Source: Balanoglossus misakiensis
Taxonomy: Eukaryota > Animalia > Hemichordata
DNA length: 64,000 nucleotides
Reading direction: 5' to 3'
NCBI GenBank assembly: GCA_040954595.2
Contig: CM082585.2
Span: 10,829,995 to 10,893,994 of the forward strand
The position numbers and the translations under genes are program-made. Below, in pieces: positions 1 through 10,222 of the stretch. Numbering within the stretch: position 1 is the first letter of the stretch; each line of letters starts with the position of its first letter. The notes beneath the pieces are model-generated. The model was not told the DNA's origin. It searched no databases and saw only the letters and a list, made by a program, of their open reading frames with translations.

Positions 1-1556
1 GAATTTCAAAATTTGGCCGATTTTTGAAAAAATCATGGGTTATAGCTCATGAAAATCATCCGAAAATGAGAAGTTTTCGACTTTGCGGAATTTCAAAATT
101 TGGCCGATTTTTAAAAAAATCATGGGTTATAGCTCATGAAAATCATCCGAAAATGAGAATTTTTCGACTTTGCGGAATTTCAAAATTTGGCCGATTTTTG
201 AAAAAATCATGGGTTACAGCTCATGAAAATCATCCAAAAATGAGAATTTTTCGACTTTGCGGAATTTCAAAATTTGGCCGATTTTTGAAAAAATCATGGG
301 TTATAGCTCATGAAAATCATCAAAAAATGACAATTTTTCGACTTTGCGAATTTTCAAATTTTGGCCGATTTTTGAAAAAATCATGGGTTATAGCTCATGA
401 AAATCATCCGAAAATGAGAATTTTTCGACTTTGCGGAATTTCAAAATTTGGCCGATTTTTGAAAAAATCATGGGTTATAGCTCATGAAAATCATCCGAAA
501 ATGAGAATTTTTCGACTTTGCGGAATTTCAAAATTTGGCCGATTTTTGAAAAAATCATGGGTTATAGCTCATGAAAATCATCCGAAAATGAGAATTTTTC
601 GACTTTGCGGAATTTCAAAATTTGGCCGATTTTTGAAAAAATCATGGGTTATAGCTCATGAAAATCATTCGAAAATGTGAATTTTTCGATTTTGCGGAAT
701 TTCAAAATTTGGCCGATTTTTGAAAAAATCATGGGTTATAGCTCATGAAAATCATTCGAAAATGAGAATTTTTCGACTTTGCGGAATTTCAAAATTTGGC
801 CGATTTTTGAAAAAATCATGGGTTATAGCTCATGAAAATCATCCGAAAATGAGAATTTTTCGACTTTGCGGAATTTCAAAATTTGGCCGATTTTTGAAAA
901 AATCATGGGTTATACCTCATGAAAATCATCCGAAAATGAGAATTTTTCGACTTTGCGGAATTTCAAAATTTGGCCGATTTTTGAAAAAATCATGGGTTAT
1001 AGCTCATGAAAATCATCAAAAAATGAGAATTTTTCGACTTTGCGGAATTTCAAAATTTGGCCGATTTTTGAAAAAATCATGGGTTATAGCTCATGAAAAT
1101 CATCCAAAAATGAGAATTTTTCGACTTTGCGGAATTTCAAAATTTGGCCGATTTTTGAAAAAATCATGGGTTATAGCTCATGAAAATCATCCGAAAATGA
1201 GAATTTTTCGACTTTGCGGAATTTCAAAATTTGGCCGATTTTTGAAAAAAACATGGGTTATAGCTCATGAAAATCATCCGAAAATGAGAATTTTTCGACT
1301 TTGCGGAATTTCAAAATTTGGCCGATTTTTGAAAAAATCATGGGTTATAGCTCATGAAAATCATTCGAAAATGAGAATTTTTCGATTTTGCGGAATTTCA
1401 AAATTTGGCCGATTTTTGAAAAAATCATGGGTTATAGCTCATGAAAATCATTCGAAAATGAGAAATTTTCGACTTTGCGGAATTTCAAAATTTGGCCGAT
1501 TTTTGAAAAAATCATGGGTTGTAGCTCATGAAAATCATCCGAAAATGAGAATTTTT
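1..1556. repeat. 87-bp tandem satellite, left block (continues beyond window edge)
   Basis: Monomer CGACTTTGCGGAATTTCAAAATTTGGCCGATTTTTGAAAAAATCATGGGTTATAGCTCATGAAAATCATCCGAAAATGAGAATTTTT repeated ~18 times; 29-aa periodicity in the ORF track. Confidence 0.98.
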
Positions 1557-1650
1557 ATTTGCACCGCAGCGGTGCAATTCTTATTTGCACCGCAGCGGTG
1601 CAAATAAGATCACCGCAGCGGTGCAAATAAGAGTTCCCTGCACCGCAACG
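1557..1650. repeat. Palindrome cluster at the start of each 550-bp unit (first copy shown)
   Basis: TCTTATTTGCACCGC-A-GCGGTGCAAATAAGA is a 31-bp palindrome around one central base. It is flanked by two more CACCGCAGCGGTG cores and a TGCACCGCA half-site. Confidence 0.95.
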
Positions 1651-1968
1651 ATCTGACCGTTCTTTATTCACTCCTCGACGACAAAAACGTTTTATTACGG
1701 CCCAAATAACGACTTTTTCGCTTCTTGGTTGGACATGCGGACGGAAAGACACGGTTTTAGCGAGATTATCTTTCTCTCTCCTGAGCACTCCGTATTCAGA
1801 CTTGCCCAAGTGAACCGCGACAAAAAAATGACCAAGTTTCCCAGCATGTTTCTTATACCCGACAGATAAAAAACGCAGCATAGATATTGAAATGAATTGG
1901 ATTTATGAAAATGATAAAAATTACAATGATAATGTCGTTAAAAGTTCTCCAAAAAAAAAAAGAAATAG

Positions 1969-2050
1969 AAAAAAAAGTGGTCTCGAACCAACGTCATTTG
2001 ACACCTTCAGGTAAAAGCCTAGCCTTCCTGAACCCTTCGCCATCACCATG
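1969..2050 (-). ncRNA. tRNA-derived Pol III-like cassette, one per 550-bp unit (first copy shown)
   Basis: Minus strand: A-box-like TGGCGAAGGG (2042-2033), TAGGCTTTTACCTG arm resembling a tRNA-Lys(TTT) anticodon arm, GTCAAATGAC mini-hairpin, B box GGTTCGAGACC (1989-1979), then a T8 run (1976-1969). No acceptor-stem 3' half, so not an intact tRNA. Confidence 0.5.
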
Positions 2051-5000
2051 TGTACTCGAAAAGTCGGAATTTTACCGCACTATATTGCAGCACAACTACC
2101 ATGATCTTATTTGCACCGCAGCGGTGCAATTCTTATTTGCACCGCAGCGGTGCAAATAAGATCACCGCAGCGGTGCAAATAAGAGTTCCCTGCACCGCAA
2201 CGATCTGACCGTTCTTTATTCACTCCTCGACGACAAAAACGTTTTATTACGGCCCAAATAACGACTTTTTCGCTTCTTGGTTGGACATGCGGACGGAAAG
2301 ACACGGTTTTAGCGAGTTTATCTTTCTCTCTCCTGAGCACTCCGTATTCAGACTTGCCCAAGTGAACCGCGACAAAAAAATGACCAAGTTTCCCTGCATG
2401 TTTCTTATACCCGACAGATAAAAAACGCAGCATAGATATTGAAATGAATTGGATTTATGAAAATGATAAAAATGACAATGATAATGTCGTTAAAAGTTCT
2501 CCAAAAAAAAAGAAATAGAAAAAAAAGTGGTCTCGAACCAACGTCATTTGACACCTTCAGGTAAAAGCCTAGCCTTCCTGAACCCTTCGCCATCACCATG
2601 TGTACTCGAAAAGCCGGAATTTTACCGCACTATATTGCAGCACAACTACCATGATCTTATTTGCACCGCAGCGGTGCAATTCTTATTTGCACCGCTGAGT
2701 TCCCTGCACCGCAACGATCTGACCGTTCTTTATTCACTCCTCGACGACAAAAACGTTTTATTACGGCCCAAATAACGACTTTTTCGCTTCTTGGTTGGAC
2801 ATGCGGACGGAAAGACACGGTTTTAGCGAGTTTATCTTTCTCTCTCCTGAGCACTCCGTATTCAGACTTGCCCAAGTGAACCGCGACAAAAAAATGACCA
2901 AGTTTCCCAGCATGTTTCTTATACCCGACAGATAAAAAACGCAGCATAGATATTGAAATGAATTGGATTTGTGAAAATGATAAAAATTACAATGATAATG
3001 TCGTTAAAAGTTCTCCAAAAAAAGAAATAGAAAAAAAAGTGGTCTCGAACCAACGTCATTTGACACCTTCAGGTAAAAGCCTAGCCTTCCTGAACCCTTC
3101 GCCATCATCATGTGTACTCGAAAAGTCGGAATTTTACCGCACTATATTGCAGCACAATTACCATGATCTTATTTGCACCGCAGCGGTGCAATTCTTATTT
3201 GCACCGCAGCGGTGCAAATAAGATCACCGCAGCGGTGCAAATAAGAGTTCCCTGCACCGCAACGATCTGACCGTTCTTTATTCACTCCTCGACGACAAAA
3301 ACGTTTTATTACGGCCCAAATAACGACTTTTTCGCTTCTTGGTTGGACATGCGGACGGAAAGACACGGTTTTAGCGAGTTTATCTTTCTCTCTCCTGAGC
3401 ACTCCGTATTCAGACTTGCCCAAGTGAACCGCGACAAAAAAATGACCAAGTTTCCCAGCATGTTTCTTATACCCGACAGATAAAAAACGCAGCATAGATA
3501 TTGAAATGAATTGGATTTATGAAAATGATAAAAATTACAATGATAATGTCGTTAAAAGTTCTCCAAAAAAAAAGAAATAGAAAAAAAAGTGGTCTCGAAC
3601 CAACGTCATTTGACACCTTCAGGTAAAAGCCTAGCCTTCCTGAACCCTTCGCCATCACCATGTGTACTCGAAAAGTCGGAATTTTACCGCACTATATTGC
3701 AGCACAACTACCATGATCTTATTTGCACCGCAGCGGTTCAATTCTTATTTGCACCGCAGCGGTGCAAATAAGATCACCGCAGCGGTGCAAATAAGAGTTC
3801 CCTGCACCGCAACGATCTGACCGTTCTTTATTCACTCCTCGACGACAAAAACGTTTTATTACGGCCCAAATAACGACTTTTTCGCTTCTTGGTTGGACAT
3901 GCGGACGGAAAGACACGGTTTTAGCGAGTTTATCTTTCTCTCTCCTGAGCACTCCGTATTCAGACTTGCCCAAGTGAACCGCGACAAAAAAATGACCAAG
4001 TTTCCCAGCATGTTTCTTATACCCGACAGATAAAAAACGCAGCATAGATATTGAAATGAATTGGATTTGTGAAAATGATAAAAATTACAATGATAATGTC
4101 GTTAAAAGTTCTCCAAAAAAAGAAATAGAAAAAAAAGTGGTCTCGAACCAACGTCATTTGACACCTTCAGGTAAAAGCCTAGCCTTCCTGAACCCTTCGC
4201 CATCATCATGTGTACTCGAAAAGTCGGAATTTTACCGCACTATATTGCAGCACAATTACCATGATCTTATTTGCACCGCAGCGGTGCAATTCTTATTTGC
4301 ACCGCAGCGGTGCAAATAAGATCACCGCAGCGGTGCAAATAAGAGTTCCCTGCACCGCAACGATCTGACCGTTCTTTATTCACTCCTCGACGACAAAAAC
4401 GTTTTATTACGGCCCAAATAACGACTTTTTCGCTTCTTGGTTGGACATGCGGACGGAAAGACACGGTTTTAGCGAGTTTATCTTTCTCTCTCCTGAGCAC
4501 TCCGTATTCAGACTTGCCCAAGTGAACCGCGACAAAAAAATGACCAAGTTTCCCAGCATGTTTCTTATACCCGACAGATAAAAAACGCAGCATAGATATT
4601 GAAATGAATTGGATTTATGAAAATGATAAAAATTACAATGATAATGTCGTTAAAAGTTCTCCAAAAAAAAAGAAATAGAAAAAAAAGTGGTCTCGAACCA
4701 ACGTCATTTGACACCTTCAGGTAAAAGCCTAGCCTTCCTGAACCCTTCGCCATCACCATGTGTACTCGACTTTGCGGAATTTTACCGCACTATATTGCAG
4801 CACAACTACCATGATCTTATTTGCACCGCAGCGGTGCAATTCTTATTTGCACCGCAGCGGTGCAAATAAGATCACCGCAGCGGTGCAAATAAGAGTTCCC
4901 TGCACCGCAACGATCTGACCGTTCTTTATTCACTCCTCGACGACAAAAACGTTTTATTACGGCCCAAATAACGACTTTTTCGCTTCTTGGTTGGACATGC

Positions 5001-8000
5001 GGACGGAAAGACACGGTTTTAGCGAGTTTATCTTTCTCTCTCCTGAGCACTCCGTATTCAGACTTGCCCAAGTGAACCGCGACAAAAAAATGACCAAGTT
5101 TCCCAGCATGTTTCTTATACCCGACAGATAAAAAACGCAGCATAGATATTGAAATGAATTGGATTTGTGAAAATGATAAAAATTACAATGATAATGTCGT
5201 TAAAAGTTCTCCAAAAAAAGAAATAGAAAAAAAAGTGGTCTCGAACCAACGTCATTTGACACCTTCAGGTAAAAGCCTAGCCTTCCTGAACCCTTCGCCA
5301 TCATCATGTGTACTCGAAAAGTCGGAATTTTACCGCACTATATTGCAGCACAATTACCATGATCTTATTTGCACCGCAGCGGTGCAATTCTTATTTGCAC
5401 CGCAGCGGTGCAAATAAGATCACCGCAGCGGTGCAAATAAGAGTTCCCTGCACCGCAACGATCTGACCGTTCTTTATTCACTCCTCGACGACAAAAACGT
5501 TTTATTACGGCCCAAATAACGACTTTTTCGCTTCTTGGTTGGACATGCGGACGGAAAGACACGGTTTTAGCGAGTTTATCTTTCTCTCTCCTGAGCACTC
5601 CGTATTCAGACTTGCCCAAGTGAACCGCGACAAAAAAATGACCAAGTTTCCCAGCATGTTTCTTATACCCGACAGATAAAAAACGCAGCATAGATATTGA
5701 AATGAATTGGATTTATGAAAATGATAAAAATTACAATGATAATGTCGTTAAAAGTTCTCCAAAAAAAAAGAAATAGAAAAAAAAGTGGTCTCGAACCAAC
5801 GTCATTTGACACCTTCAGGTAAAAGCCTAGCCTTCCTGAACCCTTCGCCATCACCATGTGTACTCGAAAAGCCGGAATTTTACCGCACTATATTGCAGCA
5901 CAACTACCATGATCTTATTTGCACCGCAGCGGTGCAATTCTTATTTGCACCGCAGCGGTGCAAATAAGATCACCGCAGCGGTGCAAATAAGAGTTCCCTG
6001 CACCGCAACGATCTGACCGTTCTTTATTCACTCCTCGACGACAAAAACGTTTTATTACGGCCCAAATAACGACTTTTTCGCTTCTTGGTTGGACATGCGG
6101 ACGGAAAGACACGGTTTTAGCGAGTTTATCTTTCTCTCTCCTGAGCACTCCGTATTCAGACTTGCCCAAGTGAACCGCGACAAAAAAATGACCAAGTTTC
6201 CCAGCATGTTTCTTATACCCGACAGATAAAAAACGCAGCATAGATATTGAAATGAATTGGATTTATGAAAATGATAAAAATTACAATGATAATGTCGTTA
6301 AAAGTTCTCCAAAAAAAAAGAAATAGAAAAAAAAGTGGTCTCGAACCAACGTCATTTGACACCTTCAGGTAAAAGCCTAGCCTTCCTGAACCCTTCGCCA
6401 TCACCATGTGTACTCGACTTTGCGGAATTTTACCGCACTATATTGCAGCACAACTACCATGATCTTATTTGCACCGCAGCGGTGCAATTCTTATTTGCAC
6501 CGCTGAGTTCCCTGCACCGCAACGATCTGACCGTTCTTTATTCACTCCTCGACGACAAAAACGTTTTATTACGGCCCAAATAACGACTTTTTCGCTTCTT
6601 GGTTGGACATGCGGACGGAAAGACACGGTTTTAGCGAGTTTATCTTTCTCTCTCCTGAGCACTCCGTATTCAGACTTGCCCAAGTGAACCGCGACAAAAA
6701 AATGACCAAGTTTCCCAGCATGTTTCTTATACCCGACAGATAAAAAACGCAGCATAGATATTGAAATGAATTGGATTTGTGAAAATGATAAAAATTACAA
6801 TGATAATGTCGTTAAAAGTTCTCCAAAAAAAGAAATAGAAAAAAAAGTGGTCTCGAACCAACGTCATTTGACACCTTCAGGTAAAAGCCTAGCCTTCCTG
6901 AACCCTTCGCCATCATCATGTGTACTCGAAAAGTCGGAATTTTACCGCACTATATTGCAGCACAATTACCATGATCTTATTTGCACCGCAGCGGTGCAAT
7001 TCTTATTTGCACCGCAGCGGTGCAAATAAGATCACCGCAGCGGTGCAAATAAGAGTTCCCTGCACCGCAACGATCTGACCGTTCTTTATTCACTCCTCGA
7101 CGACAAAAACGTTTTATTACGGCCCAAATAACGACTTTTTCGCTTCTTGGTTGGACATGCGGACGGAAAGACACGGTTTTAGCGAGTTTATCTTTCTCTC
7201 TCCTGAGCACTCCGTATTCAGACTTGCCCAAGTGAACCGCGACAAAAAAATGACCAAGTTTCCCAGCATGTTTCTTATACCCGACAGATAAAAAACGCAG
7301 CATAGATATTGAAATGAATTGGATTTATGAAAATGATAAAAATTACAATGATAATGTCGTTAAAAGTTCTCCAAAAAAAAAGAAATAGAAAAAAAAGTGG
7401 TCTCGAACCAACGTCATTTGACACCTTCAGGTAAAAGCCTAGCCTTCCTGAACCCTTCGCCATCACCATGTGTACTCGAAAAGTCGGAATTTTACCGCAC
7501 TATATTGCAGCACAACTACCATGATCTTATTTGCACCGCAGCGGTTCAATTCTTATTTGCACCGCAGCGGTGCAAATAAGATCACCGCAGCGGTGCAAAT
7601 AAGAGTTCCCTGCACCGCAACGATCTGACCGTTCTTTATTCACTCCTCGACGACAAAAACGTTTTATTACGGCCCAAATAACGACTTTTTCGCTTCTTGG
7701 TTGGACATGCGGACGGAAAGACACGGTTTTAGCGAGTTTATCTTTCTCTCTCCTGAGCACTCCGTATTCAGACTTGCCCAAGTGAACCGCGACAAAAAAA
7801 TGACCAAGTTTCCCAGCATGTTTCTTATACCCGACAGATAAAAAACGCAGCATAGATATTGAAATGAATTGGATTTGTGAAAATGATAAAAATTACAATG
7901 ATAATGTCGTTAAAAGTTCTCCAAAAAAAGAAATAGAAAAAAAAGTGGTCTCGAACCAACGTCATTTGACACCTTCAGGTAAAAGCCTAGCCTTCCTGAA

Positions 8001-10222
8001 CCCTTCGCCATCATCATGTGTACTCGAAAAGTCGGAATTTTACCGCACTATATTGCAGCACAATTACCATGATCTTATTTGCACCGCAGCGGTGCAATTC
8101 TTATTTGCACCGCAGCGGTGCAAATAAGATCACCGCAGCGGTGCAAATAAGAGTTCCCTGCACCGCAACGATCTGACCGTTCTTTATTCACTCCTCGACG
8201 ACAAAAACGTTTTATTACGGCCCAAATAACGACTTTTTCGCTTCTTGGTTGGACATGCGGACGGAAAGACACGGTTTTAGCGAGTTTATCTTTCTCTCTC
8301 CTGAGCACTCCGTATTCAGACTTGCCCAAGTGAACCGCGACAAAAAAATGACCAAGTTTCCCAGCATGTTTCTTATACCCGACAGATAAAAAACGCAGCA
8401 TAGATATTGAAATGAATTGGATTTATGAAAATGATAAAAATTACAATGATAATGTCGTTAAAAGTTCTCCAAAAAAAAAGAAATAGAAAAAAAAGTGGTC
8501 TCGAACCAACGTCATTTGACACCTTCAGGTAAAAGCCTAGCCTTCCTGAACCCTTCGCCATCACCATGTGTACTCGACTTTGCGGAATTTTACCGCACTA
8601 TATTGCAGCACAACTACCATGATCTTATTTGCACCGCAGCGGTGCAATTCTTATTTGCACCGCAGCGGTGCAAATAAGATCACCGCAGCGGTGCAAATAA
8701 GAGTTCCCTGCACCGCAACGATCTGACCGTTCTTTATTCACTCCTCGACGACAAAAACGTTTTATTACGGCCCAAATAACGACTTTTTCGCTTCTTGGTT
8801 GGACATGCGGACGGAAAGACACGGTTTTAGCGAGTTTATCTTTCTCTCTCCTGAGCACTCCGTATTCAGACTTGCCCAAGTGAACCGCGACAAAAAAATG
8901 ACCAAGTTTCCCAGCATGTTTCTTATACCCGACAGATAAAAAACGCAGCATAGATATTGAAATGAATTGGATTTGTGAAAATGATAAAAATTACAATGAT
9001 AATGTCGTTAAAAGTTCTCCAAAAAAAGAAATAGAAAAAAAAGTGGTCTCGAACCAACGTCATTTGACACCTTCAGGTAAAAGCCTAGCCTTCCTGAACC
9101 CTTCGCCATCATCATGTGTACTCGAAAAGTCGGAATTTTACCGCACTATATTGCAGCACAATTACCATGATCTTATTTGCACCGCAGCGGTGCAATTCTT
9201 ATTTGCACCGCAGCGGTGCAAATAAGATCACCGCAGCGGTGCAAATAAGAGTTCCCTGCACCGCAACGATCTGACCGTTCTTTATTCACTCCTCGACGAC
9301 AAAAACGTTTTATTACGGCCCAAATAACGACTTTTTCGCTTCTTGGTTGGACATGCGGACGGAAAGACACGGTTTTAGCGAGTTTATCTTTCTCTCTCCT
9401 GAGCACTCCGTATTCAGACTTGCCCAAGTGAACCGCGACAAAAAAATGACCAAGTTTCCCAGCATGTTTCTTATACCCGACAGATAAAAAACGCAGCATA
9501 GATATTGAAATGAATTGGATTTATGAAAATGATAAAAATTACAATGATAATGTCGTTAAAAGTTCTCCAAAAAAAAAGAAATAGAAAAAAAAGTGGTCTC
9601 GAACCAACGTCATTTGACACCTTCAGGTAAAAGCCTAGCCTTCCTGAACCCTTCGCCATCACCATGTGTACTCGAAAAGCCGGAATTTTACCGCACTATA
9701 TTGCAGCACAACTACCATGATCTTATTTGCACCGCAGCGGTGCAATTCTTATTTGCACCGCAGCGGTGCAAATAAGATCACCGCAGCGGTGCAAATAAGA
9801 GTTCCCTGCACCGCAACGATCTGACCGTTCTTTATTCACTCCTCGACGACAAAAACGTTTTATTACGGCCCAAATAACGACTTTTTCGCTTCTTGGTTGG
9901 ACATGCGGACGGAAAGACACGGTTTTAGCGAGTTTATCTTTCTCTCTCCTGAGCACTCCGTATTCAGACTTGCCCAAGTGAACCGCGACAAAAAAATGAC
10001 CAAGTTTCCCAGCATGTTTCTTATACCCGACAGATAAAAAACGCAGCATAGATATTGAAATGAATTGGATTTATGAAAATGATAAAAATTACAATGATAA
10101 TGTCGTTAAAAGTTCTCCAAAAAAAAAGAAATAGAAAAAAAAGTGGTCTCGAACCAACGTCATTTGACACCTTCAGGTAAAAGCCTAGCCTTCCTGAACC
10201 CTTCGCCATCACCATGTGTACT

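Larger units (their letters stand above)
1557..10222. mobile_element. Tandem array of 16 ~550-bp units (512-552 bp) inserted into the 87-bp satellite; putative non-autonomous element concatemer
   Basis: Unit spacing from the ORF track is 552,550,512,550,548,550,548,550,550,512,550,548,550,548,550. Flanks read GAGAATTTTT|insert|CGACTTTGCGG, so the satellite is rejoined with no loss and no clear target duplication. The repeat itself is certain; mobile origin is inferred. Confidence 0.75.

Noticed and set aside
75-92. CENP-B-box-like TTCG...CGG in the satellite monomer
   Set aside because: Spacing is 6 nt rather than 7, and the conserved A and final G are missing.
1555-10215. Repeated 60-108-aa ORFs in the 550-bp units as a recombinase or transposase
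   Set aside because: Short, no recognisable catalytic motifs, and partly broken by poly-A length variants.
1557-10222. CRISPR-like array, 5S rDNA, snRNA/SL-RNA cluster or hammerhead retrozyme
   Set aside because: Inter-palindrome sequences are identical rather than unique spacers. I could not see 5S or U-snRNA sequence, a convincing Sm site, or a CUGANGA/GAAA hammerhead core by eye; an Infernal search would settle this.
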